Below, in pieces: positions 56,015 through 64,000 of a DNA stretch of 64,000 bases (positions within the stretch are counted from its first letter, which is position 1; each line of letters opens with the position of its first letter). Source of the DNA: a virus (Duplodnaviria; Caudoviricetes). The stretch spans positions 1,462-65,461 of the IMG/VR virus record IMGVR_UViG_3300035070_003918; one strand, written 5' to 3'. The position numbers and the translations under genes are program-made. The notes below the pieces were generated by a model, which saw only the letters and a program-made list of their open reading frames with translations, was not told where the DNA came from and ran no database searches.

Positions 56015-56337
56015 GCTGCGGCATCACGGTGCCGTCGATGACGGTGGCGCCCCCCGGGCTTCCTGCCGCGTCCTTGCCCGCGGCACCTACCATCCCCGCT
56101 CCCCGGGTCCCTGCGGGGCTCCCTGGCGTAAGCCTGGCGCCCCCAGCGATGACGGTCGGGGCTCCGACCCTACCGACCCCGACGCTGCCCACGCTGCCCA
56201 CGGTGCCGACGCCTCGAGCCCCTGGTGGGTTGAGTCTCGATCTGGCGCCTCCGCCGCTGTCGGTTGCTGGCCCGGCGCTGCCGGCAGCATCGCTGCCCAC
56301 CGCCCCGGCGGTACCCATCCCGCGCTGCTCGTTCTGA
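56011..56337 (+). CDS. Proline-rich repeat protein
   Basis: Three similar Pro-rich units; Cys at both ends. Confidence 0.55.
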   Translation: MSCGITVPSMTVAPPGLPAASLPAAPTIPAPRVPAGLPGVSLAPPAMTVGAPTLPTPTLPTLPTVPTPRAPGGLSLDLAPPPLSVAGPALPAASLPTAPAVPIPRCSF

Positions 56338-56344
56338 GGTCACC

Positions 56345-56794
56345 ATGCCGCTCGGCGACGTTCCCTTCGGGTCGGACCCGCTCGGTGTGGCGGCGGAGCC
56401 GTACTCGCCAGAGGACAAGCCGACGACCCCGCGGGCGCCATTCTTCGACGGCACCACCAGGGACTTCACCCTCGACGACGACGGGCGTTACGTCGACATC
56501 CACCCGACCGATGCGGCGGTCCAGTTCGCGCTGTTCGTCGAGTACGGCAAGGCCGTATCGGCGCTCGACACCGGGCACACGCTCCGCTCGCTTCCGTCTC
56601 CCATCGCGCCGGCCGTCATCCTCGACATCACCGACCGGGTGAGGCGCGCGCTCAAGTCGCTGCTCGACCGACGACTGATCCGCTTGGTGCGTGTCGAGCA
56701 CCACGCCCCCAATCGCCACACGCTCTTCGTCGCCGTGACGTACGTCAACGTGCAGACGGCGCGCGAGCAAGTCCTCCTCGTTCCGACCACGTGA
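56345..56794 (+). CDS. Baseplate wedge (gp46/gpW/gp25-like)
   Basis: VRRALKSLLD...VAVTY; precedes baseplate J. Confidence 0.7.
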   Translation: MPLGDVPFGSDPLGVAAEPYSPEDKPTTPRAPFFDGTTRDFTLDDDGRYVDIHPTDAAVQFALFVEYGKAVSALDTGHTLRSLPSPIAPAVILDITDRVRRALKSLLDRRLIRLVRVEHHAPNRHTLFVAVTYVNVQTAREQVLLVPTT

Positions 56795-56805
56795 GGCCCT
56801 AGCCC

Positions 56806-58296
56806 ATGCCGATCGACAAGTTCGAGGGGAAGCTCGTCACCAAGACGCGGGACCAGATCCGCGACGAGTACCTCCGCGACTACAAGCTCCGCCAGCCGCT
56901 CGCGGACACCGCGCCGGGCTCGCTGCCCCACCTGCTCGGAACCAACACGGCAGACTCGATGCTGCCGATGTACGCGAACGTCCCCACCCTAGGGGATGCC
57001 ACGACGTTCCTCAACGCCAAGGGCTCGTTGCTGGACCTGTGGGGCTCCATCATGGGGCGCGCGCGCCGCCCGGACGTGGGCGCGATCGGGTACGTCACGG
57101 TCAAGACCTCCTCGGGCGGCTCCAACGTGGTTGCCGGCGACGTCATCAAGGAGACGAAGCGCAACCTCCGCTTCCGCGTCCTCGTCACCTCCGCCGTGTC
57201 CGATGGCGAGCAGGTCGGCATCGTCGGCATCGACACCGGACCGGCCACCAACCTCGAGCCCGACACCGAGATGACGTGGCTCAGCCCGCGCGCTGGGATG
57301 GCTTCCACCGCGACCGTCTTCGAGAACGCCGACGGCTCCGGCCTCACCGGTGGAGCTCTCGCCGAGAGCGACGAGCAGTACCAGGCGGCGCTGCTCGAGC
57401 TCTCGCGCAACCCGCCGGCCATGGGCAACGAGAGCCAGGTCATCGCGGAGGTGCTCAAGATCCAGGGCATCGCGATCCAGGCCGTGTTCGTGTTCCCCGG
57501 GGTGAAGGGGCCAGGGACCAAGTCGATCGCGTTCACCATGCGACCGAGCACGCCCGGGGGTTCTCGCCTGCCGAACAGCGCCCAGCTCGGCTACGTCGAG
57601 TCGGTCCTCAAGAGCGTGTACCCGTTTGACGACGGCTTCGCGATGGTCACCCTCGCCGAGCAGGGTGTGGACGTTGTGCTGCGCGCGACCTTCAAGGAGG
57701 CCGCGGCGTCCTTCGTCGACCAGTCTCCCTGGCCCGAGTACGTCGCCGCTCCGATCGCGGTGACGAACGCGGTGGCGATCACCGCCACCGCGTTCCGCGT
57801 GACCACGGCCTCCTCGATCTCCGCCCCGACCGTGGGCAAGACGATCGCGCTCTACAACAGCACCTCGGCCACGTTCGTGGCCAAGCGCATCCTCACGGTC
57901 ACCGCCGCCGGCGCGAACACCTGGGACCTCACCTTCGAGACCACGGTGCCGACCAGCGACACCTCGTTCATCCCCGCCAACGGCGCGATCGTGAGCCCGT
58001 GGGCGGCCTCGATGCAGGACCTCGTCCTCCCCGTCCTCGACTACTTCGACGCGCAGGGGCCCGGCGAGATGTTCGCCTCCTTCGCGGACCCCGGCCGCCG
58101 TCAGCGACGCTTCCCCGAGCCGGGGCCGGAGTCGTGGCCGTCGAAGGTGGAGAACCGGATGCTCGACCCGCTCTTCTCGCTGGTGAGCGACGTCGCGATC
58201 GCAGCGCCCACGGTGCCCTACTCGACGACGGTCGGTACCGCTCCGGCGCTCGCCTACCTCCACCGGCTCACCGATCTCGCGGTCTACCCGCAGTGA
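56806..58296 (+). CDS. Baseplate J-like protein
   Basis: GPATNL, LTGGALAESDE, PPAMGN, GPGT. Confidence 0.9.
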   Translation: MPIDKFEGKLVTKTRDQIRDEYLRDYKLRQPLADTAPGSLPHLLGTNTADSMLPMYANVPTLGDATTFLNAKGSLLDLWGSIMGRARRPDVGAIGYVTVKTSSGGSNVVAGDVIKETKRNLRFRVLVTSAVSDGEQVGIVGIDTGPATNLEPDTEMTWLSPRAGMASTATVFENADGSGLTGGALAESDEQYQAALLELSRNPPAMGNESQVIAEVLKIQGIAIQAVFVFPGVKGPGTKSIAFTMRPSTPGGSRLPNSAQLGYVESVLKSVYPFDDGFAMVTLAEQGVDVVLRATFKEAAASFVDQSPWPEYVAAPIAVTNAVAITATAFRVTTASSISAPTVGKTIALYNSTSATFVAKRILTVTAAGANTWDLTFETTVPTSDTSFIPANGAIVSPWAASMQDLVLPVLDYFDAQGPGEMFASFADPGRRQRRFPEPGPESWPSKVENRMLDPLFSLVSDVAIAAPTVPYSTTVGTAPALAYLHRLTDLAVYPQ

Positions 58297-58308
58297 TGAG
58301 GCACATCG

Positions 58309-58833
58309 ATGGCTGCTGAGACCACGTACACCTTCGACCGCCTCGACGCCGACGGCGGCGCCATGCGTCCGTCGCTTGAGAACATCGGCGGCGCCGACCT
58401 CGTCGACGACGAGACCTTCGGCGCGATCACGCGGGACGGGTCCGAGCCGTACTCCGACCAGCTCAACCAGCGCGCGCGCCAGATCGTGGGCTGCGCCAAG
58501 ATGATCCCCTCGGTCAGCATGACGGTCGACTGGGTCGTGGGCGTGCCCACCATCGTGGCGCTCAAGGCCCCAGGCACCGCGATCGTGGTCGGCGACTTCG
58601 CGGTCGCTGTCGCCGGCGGCGGCACGGGCGACTTCACGATCACCTGGACGACGACCAAGCTCCCGCCGGTGTCGATCGACCCCACGGTGACGCCCAACGC
58701 CCTGTCGAACACCACGGCGGTCGCCACGCAGACCGTGGGCTCACCGTCCGCCACGCAGACCCGCATCCGAGTCCAGACGTACACCGGCGGCGCGCTCGCC
58801 AACGTGCGCTGCACCGTCCACGTCGACCTGTGA
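58309..58833 (+). CDS. Tail/baseplate protein
   Basis: Beta-rich ORF in the tail module. Confidence 0.55.
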   Translation: MAAETTYTFDRLDADGGAMRPSLENIGGADLVDDETFGAITRDGSEPYSDQLNQRARQIVGCAKMIPSVSMTVDWVVGVPTIVALKAPGTAIVVGDFAVAVAGGGTGDFTITWTTTKLPPVSIDPTVTPNALSNTTAVATQTVGSPSATQTRIRVQTYTGGALANVRCTVHVDL

Positions 58834-59816
58834 AGCTCTCGCCCTTCACCCCGCTCGGGCTCCTGAGGCTCAGCGCGGCTACCCCCACGGCAGAGCGGTT
58901 CTACCGCTCGATCATCGCGGGGTACGGCGGACAGTTCTCCACCGACGAGGGATCGCTCATCGACGCGGACGCCTTCGCGCGAGCTCGCGCCATGGCTCGC
59001 TGCGCTCGTGACGTGCGGCGCGCCGCGCTCCAGGGGATTCCGTCTCAGGCCGGCGCGCTGCTCCCGCTGAAGGAGACGGAGAAGGGGATCATCCCCGACC
59101 CCACCGCCACGATGCAGGAGCGCCGCGCCGAGCTGGCCGCGCGCTCTCTGGTGTCGGCTGGCTCGACGGTCGCCAACATGGAGACCGCATTGGCGGCGCT
59201 TCTCGGCGCTGACTTCCTGGCGCTCCATACCGTGGCAGTGGCCGACACCGTCATCGTTTCGCAAGCGGACGCCGGCGACGTGAACTTCCAGCGCCCCGAC
59301 GTGGCCCGCAAGATCATCACGGTGGACGAGCCCATGTCGCTGCCTGGCGGCGGTGCCCAGTGGTTCCCGTACACGGTGCTCTCGTCCAGCCAGGGCGCGT
59401 TCTCGGGGCAACCCGAGGCACTCATCCCCGGCGACATGGTCTGCCTCCAGCCGCACATGCTCGGGCGCGCCGAGGTGGTCGAGGTGCTCGACGTCGACGA
59501 GATCCCGGACGGCAGCGGGAACAACATCCCGCACTTCGAGTGCGAGTACACGCTGAGCCACGACGACGGCTCGATCGGCTTCACGCACCCGCTGCCGATG
59601 GACGCGCGCACCAAGCGCCACAGCCTCGTGGTGGTCGACGCCGCGGTGGCCCTCGACCCCGAGACCCGCAGGCAGATCAACGAGCTGATGAGGCGCATGG
59701 TGCGTGACTGCTCGACCTGGGACGTCGTCGCCGACGACGGCGCAGGCAACACCGCGCAGTTCACGATCGGCGTCGACTCGATCGGCATCTCGCACGCTAC
59801 GCCCGTCGCCTACTGA
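58830..59816 (+). CDS. Baseplate wedge (gp48/DUF2313-like)
   Basis: LLP..E...G...ERRAELAAR; follows baseplate J. Confidence 0.6.
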   Translation: MKLSPFTPLGLLRLSAATPTAERFYRSIIAGYGGQFSTDEGSLIDADAFARARAMARCARDVRRAALQGIPSQAGALLPLKETEKGIIPDPTATMQERRAELAARSLVSAGSTVANMETALAALLGADFLALHTVAVADTVIVSQADAGDVNFQRPDVARKIITVDEPMSLPGGGAQWFPYTVLSSSQGAFSGQPEALIPGDMVCLQPHMLGRAEVVEVLDVDEIPDGSGNNIPHFECEYTLSHDDGSIGFTHPLPMDARTKRHSLVVVDAAVALDPETRRQINELMRRMVRDCSTWDVVADDGAGNTAQFTIGVDSIGISHATPVAY

Positions 59817-59831
59817 CGGGACTGAGGACGC

Positions 59832-60770
59832 ATGGCTCACTTCGTTCTGACGCGCGCATCGCTCGCGGCATGGGGGGCCACGCCCGCAGTGTTGGCCGCC
59901 GAGTTCTGGTCGCTCGACAACCAGGTCTACAAGGCGATCAACGGCGACGACGGCGGCACGTGGGCGCCCTCGAGCGCCATCACGATCGGCGGGTCTGGCA
60001 TCAGCGTCACCGGGCCGGCGGAGTTCTCCGACATCCAGACGGCCGAGTTCAACGGGCCGGCGAACTTCAACGACAACATGACGCTGGACTCGGCGGCGAC
60101 CTTCTCGCTGTCGGGAGCGTCCACGATCGAGCTCGGCTCTGGCACCCGCATCAACGTCAACAGCGGCGCGTTCATCGACATCGAGAGCGGCGCTGATCTC
60201 GACGTGAAGAGCGGCGGGGAGATCGACATCGAGAACGGCGGATCGATCGTCGTCACCTCCGGCGGCGTCGTCACCGTGCAGAGCGGCGGAGCCATCTCGA
60301 TCGAGGGCCTCAGCGGCATCGTCCTTGGGGCGTCGAGCAGCATCAGCGCCGCGAGCGGGTCGAAGGTCACGGGCACGCTCTCGCAGGAGTGCAGACTGAC
60401 GAAGACGGGAGCGGCGGCGCGCACCATCGAGCGACTGCACGACGCGACCGCGGACGCCGCGGCCTTCTTCGACTGCTCCTACGACATCGAGTTCTACTCG
60501 CACACGATCGCCACCGGCGTCTCGCACACGCTCCGCATCACCGGCGGCTCCCAGAACCCGGTGAGCGGCGACACGATCCGGTTCCACATCGACAAGACCG
60601 GAGCGGGAACGATCGCCTTCGTCAACGAGGGCATGGGCTCGAGCATCGCGATCGTGGGTTCAGGCACGGGTCACGTCCGGCTGACCTTCGTGTTCCGCTC
60701 CACCCACTGGAGGCTGCTCGACGCATGGGGCTCAAGCGGCACGAGCATCACGCCCGGCGGCCACGCCTGA
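59832..60770 (+). CDS. Tail fibre/receptor-binding protein with beta-helix repeats
   Basis: 8-residue I.V.SGG repeats. Confidence 0.65.
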   Translation: MAHFVLTRASLAAWGATPAVLAAEFWSLDNQVYKAINGDDGGTWAPSSAITIGGSGISVTGPAEFSDIQTAEFNGPANFNDNMTLDSAATFSLSGASTIELGSGTRINVNSGAFIDIESGADLDVKSGGEIDIENGGSIVVTSGGVVTVQSGGAISIEGLSGIVLGASSSISAASGSKVTGTLSQECRLTKTGAAARTIERLHDATADAAAFFDCSYDIEFYSHTIATGVSHTLRITGGSQNPVSGDTIRFHIDKTGAGTIAFVNEGMGSSIAIVGSGTGHVRLTFVFRSTHWRLLDAWGSSGTSITPGGHA

Positions 60771-61342
60771 TGTCCTACCGCGACGTCGTCCAGGTCGTCT
60801 CCGGCTTCGCGCCGACAGACGAGATCAAGAAGCTCATCAGCACAGCGATCACCGCGCAGACCTACGAGGGCTCCGCGCTCAACGGCACGCACGCCAGGGC
60901 GTTCTTCCAGACCGTCGGGATCAAGGCCATCCGGCGCCGTCTGACGGTCACCACTTCGGCTGCAGCGCTGGCCTACAACATCACCGACCCGATCGTGTTC
61001 AGCGGCACCCGCGGGGACGTGAAGGCGACCGCCGGTGTCATGCTGACGAACACCAACGGCGGCGAGACGGTGCAGACGACCGACTGGCTCGAGGAAGTGC
61101 GGCAGGTCTACGTGCCGGCCCAGTTGCTCGCGACCGGTCAGTTCGAGTTCGGGGTCGGCGACGTGGTCTTCGGCGAGGGCCAGGTGGCCCGCATCTATGC
61201 CGGCGCCGCAGGTACCTACAAGATCCAGACGGTCGGCGGGGACCGTGACCTCGTAATGGCGGTGGGCGAGTCCGCCGACCTGGCCATCGTGGGCGTGCAG
61301 CGAAGCAACGCCACGTTCCCGCTCACCATCTACCTCGCGTGA
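60770..61342 (+). CDS. Virion protein
   Basis: Similar to the internal domain of 45328..46479. Confidence 0.6.
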   Translation: MSYRDVVQVVSGFAPTDEIKKLISTAITAQTYEGSALNGTHARAFFQTVGIKAIRRRLTVTTSAAALAYNITDPIVFSGTRGDVKATAGVMLTNTNGGETVQTTDWLEEVRQVYVPAQLLATGQFEFGVGDVVFGEGQVARIYAGAAGTYKIQTVGGDRDLVMAVGESADLAIVGVQRSNATFPLTIYLA

Positions 61343-61355
61343 GGGCTCACCCACT

Positions 61356-62909
61356 ATGACGAGCGCGACCCTTCAGATCCGGGTCAACGGCGGAGCTCCG
61401 ACCACCGGCGGCGTGGTCGGCTCTCTGGCCGATTCGATCCAGATGACCGCCGCCGACAAGAGCGGTTGGGGAAACCCTGCCACGCGGTGGGAGATCTTCG
61501 ACTACCCGCCGGCCTTCACCGTGCCGGCGGGATGGTCGACGGATGCCGACGGCGTCTTCTACTACGAGGGGTCCGCGGACCCGCCAGCGTGGGTCGCTGA
61601 CGAGTGGGGCGACTACGCTCTCCGGCTGACGGCTGTCGGTCGGTACGTCGACGAGACCACGCGCTTCCGCATCGTGTCGACGAGCCTCGGGCTGAAGGAC
61701 ACTGCGCACCGAGAGGACACCCAGTTCAGCTCCGCGAGGCCGGGAGGCGTCGACGCGCTCAAGGCGAACTGGCGCACCATCGAGACCTCCCTCGGGACGC
61801 TCGGCACGCCGGACTACCTCGCCACCCCCGACACCGTCGCTCTCCGCGACGCCGACGGCGACTGCGAGTTCCGCTACGTCTACGCCGACCAGATCCTCGC
61901 GCAGGCGACGGCGAACATCCTCCTGGGGTGTGACGCCGCCGGCTACATCACCTTCTGGGAGTCGGTCACCGAGATCGCGCGCCTCTACGACAACGCCGCG
62001 GTGCGCACGCTCGCCTTCCAGGGCGCCGTGCCTGCCGAGGTGGTGAGCGGCGGCAACCTGCTCCTGTCGTCCGCCAGCGCGGCGTACATCGGGCTCCAGG
62101 AGGGCGCCACGGAGGTCTTTCGGGTGTCCGACGCCGCGGGCGCGTCGACGCTCAATGGGCGCGGCTCGAGCACCGTGATCAGCGCGAACGCTGGCAACCT
62201 GGACCTCACGTGCGCGAGCGGTTCGGCCATCCGCTGCTTCGAGGGCGGCACGCAGGTGGCCGAGTTCGCCGACGTCTCGAACGTCGGAACGCTCACCCTG
62301 ACGGGCTCGAGCGGAGGCCGGCTCACCTCTGCGGCGGACACCACGATCAACTGCGGCAGCACGTACAAGGTGCTGCTGGCAGAGGCCGGCACCACGGTCG
62401 TCGAGGTCTACGACGCCACCAACGTCTCGACGATCGCGGGCAAGGGGTCGGGCGGGACCAACGTCGTTGCCAGCGCTGGCTATCTTAGGCTCGGGGCATC
62501 CGACGCCGTGGTCATCGATGGGTCAGAGGTCGACATCCGCGACGCGGGGAACTCGATCTTCAACCTGACCATGGGAGGGTCGAACGACTCGACATTCACC
62601 GTGCCATCCGCCCGCGCGGGCGCTGGATTCGTCGCGACCGCGGCCTCCCAATACATGTACTTCCGAGTCGGTAGCGGAGGCGGCGTGTATTTCGACTCAG
62701 ACACTACGACGTTTCGCGACCGCACGGCGACGACGACCTACGCCACCATACCGTCCGCAGGCGTGCTCGTGCTCCCGTCAGTCGACGACACCGCTGTCAG
62801 CAGCCCGGCTGCTGGCTCCTTCGCGCTGTTTTTCGACAGCTCGAATGGCGACAAGCTCAGCAAGAAGAGCTCGGGCGGCGTCGTGACCGTCATCGGAACG
62901 GAGGCCTGA
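61356..62909 (+). CDS. Tail fibre-like protein
   Basis: Internal repeats (EGATEVFRV / EGGTQVAEF / EAGTTVVEV). Confidence 0.7.
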   Translation: MTSATLQIRVNGGAPTTGGVVGSLADSIQMTAADKSGWGNPATRWEIFDYPPAFTVPAGWSTDADGVFYYEGSADPPAWVADEWGDYALRLTAVGRYVDETTRFRIVSTSLGLKDTAHREDTQFSSARPGGVDALKANWRTIETSLGTLGTPDYLATPDTVALRDADGDCEFRYVYADQILAQATANILLGCDAAGYITFWESVTEIARLYDNAAVRTLAFQGAVPAEVVSGGNLLLSSASAAYIGLQEGATEVFRVSDAAGASTLNGRGSSTVISANAGNLDLTCASGSAIRCFEGGTQVAEFADVSNVGTLTLTGSSGGRLTSAADTTINCGSTYKVLLAEAGTTVVEVYDATNVSTIAGKGSGGTNVVASAGYLRLGASDAVVIDGSEVDIRDAGNSIFNLTMGGSNDSTFTVPSARAGAGFVATAASQYMYFRVGSGGGVYFDSDTTTFRDRTATTTYATIPSAGVLVLPSVDDTAVSSPAAGSFALFFDSSNGDKLSKKSSGGVVTVIGTEA

Positions 62910-62912
62910 TCC

Positions 62913-64000
62913 ATGAGCGTCATCCTCACCGTCGCGAAGAACGGAGGCGCTGCTTCCACGGGCGCGATCCTCGGAGTCGAGGGCGACTCGTTCCAGCTGT
63001 CGGCCTCGTCGAAGGCGGGGTGGACCGCGGCGTCTGCTCGCTGGGAGATCTACGACTTCCCGATCGGGTTCCCTCAGCCCGCGGGCTGGTCCACCGACGG
63101 GACGACTGGCGCGTACTACTACGCGACCGCGAACGACGACCCGCCGGCGTTCACGGTGCCAGCGCCCCACTGGGGGAAGTTCATGCTGTCGCTCACCGCG
63201 ACCGAAACAGGTTCAGTCACCACCGACACCTCAACCGCAATCGATGTGAGGTCGGCCCTTCTTGGGCTGTCGAACATCGGACGTAGCGAGGGCGCGGTAT
63301 TCGGAGGAGCGCGGAAGCGCTGGGTTGGCGAGCTTCAACGAGCGGTAAAGGGGTCCATCAACGAGCTTGAGGCGTTGCGCCCGCTTGTTGATGCTCACGA
63401 GGAGTGGGCCGCTACGATCGCAGATCACGAGACGAAGCTCAACACCGCGTATGCCGAGGCGGCGACCAGCAACGCTCCCGATACGCTGATCGATCAGCTC
63501 ACGATCGGCAGCCTCCGCGCGCTCGACGCGCAGTCAGCGGAAGACCAGCCCGACCCACTATATATCGCCGGTGGACGTCCGCACTCGTCGTTGATCGGAA
63601 TCGACACGAATCATAACGTGATCCATCACGGCGGGATCGGCGGCACTGCGCTCAACGGCGAAGGTGGGCAACTCAACTTCTTCGGTGGTGATTACCGGAT
63701 CCCCGGGTGTCCGCCGGTGCTGTGCGGAGAGATCGGGTACACGTGGCAAACGGATTACGATCTAGACCCAGTGTCAGGCCTACCGCGCACGCCGTACGCG
63801 TTGCGCCTGCATAGCGGCGTAAACCCGAACACCAACGCGCGCACGCGGCTCGTGCTCCAGGGCTATGATGCCCTATCGCTGGAGAGCGAGTTCTCGAACA
63901 TCATCGCGTCTGTTCGCGCAGGCCAAGCGATCCAGTTCGGTATGCCCACGTCCTCGAGCGGCAATGGGCTGCTCGAGGACAACGTATCTGGCTTCGTGCA
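62913..64000 (+). CDS. Tail fibre-like protein, partial (runs off the window)
   Basis: Own translation MSVILTVAKNGG...RWEIYDFP...AGWSTD; N-terminus paralogous to 61356. Confidence 0.7.
   Translation, partial: MSVILTVAKNGGAASTGAILGVEGDSFQLSASSKAGWTAASARWEIYDFPIGFPQPAGWSTDGTTGAYYYATANDDPPAFTVPAPHWGKFMLSLTATETGSVTTDTSTAIDVRSALLGLSNIGRSEGAVFGGARKRWVGELQRAVKGSINELEALRPLVDAHEEWAATIADHETKLNTAYAEAATSNAPDTLIDQLTIGSLRALDAQSAEDQPDPLYIAGGRPHSSLIGIDTNHNVIHHGGIGGTALNGEGGQLNFFGGDYRIPGCPPVLCGEIGYTWQTDYDLDPVSGLPRTPYALRLHSGVNPNTNARTRLVLQGYDALSLESEFSNIIASVRAGQAIQFGMPTSSSGNGLLEDNVSGFV

Larger units (their letters stand above)
1..64000. mobile_element. Temperate myovirus-like phage/prophage (both ends outside the window)
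   Basis: Divergent early arms around a repressor/Cro switch, RecT/YqaJ, replication genes, terminase, portal, capsid, sheath, tape measure and baseplate; no host housekeeping genes seen. Confidence 0.95.

Noticed and set aside
1-64000. Canonical CRISPR array for the type IV genes
   Set aside because: No 25-40-nt repeats separated by unique spacers were seen by eye; the GGH-NN arrays have a 5-nt period and are not repeat-spacer arrays.

Overview
A high-GC temperate phage or prophage segment fills the whole window. The host is probably Myxococcota, inferred from GC content and a Gly-rich lipoprotein. The leftward arm (1-16.8 kb, - strand) carries an array-less type IV-B-like CRISPR effector operon (csf1/cas11/csf2/csf3), an SNF2 helicase, a PD-(D/E)XK nuclease, DUF5131, an HD phosphohydrolase, a DnaQ-like exonuclease and RecT/YqaJ. 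An immunity region (16.8-19.3 kb) has a repressor/Cro pair and two promoters containing the same CTAGCG-repeat palindrome. The rightward arm (19.1-38 kb) has a methyltransferase, RuvC-like resolvase, helicase, replication initiator with iterons, DnaC-like loader, dUTPase and terminase. A Mu-like contractile-tail structural module runs from 38.4 to 64 kb. The most striking signal is at 21.06-21.88 kb: a solitary 200-aa RAMP/Cas7-like gene flanked on both sides by non-coding, strictly phased 5-nt arrays of the form (GGH-NN)n, with 15 and 17 units. Each array ends in a similar small hairpin, which suggests a compact non-CRISPR RNA-guided system whose information lies in the variable dinucleotides. 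I saw no integrase, lysis cassette, canonical CRISPR array, tRNA or rRNA. All family calls come from recognising motifs by eye, not from database searches.
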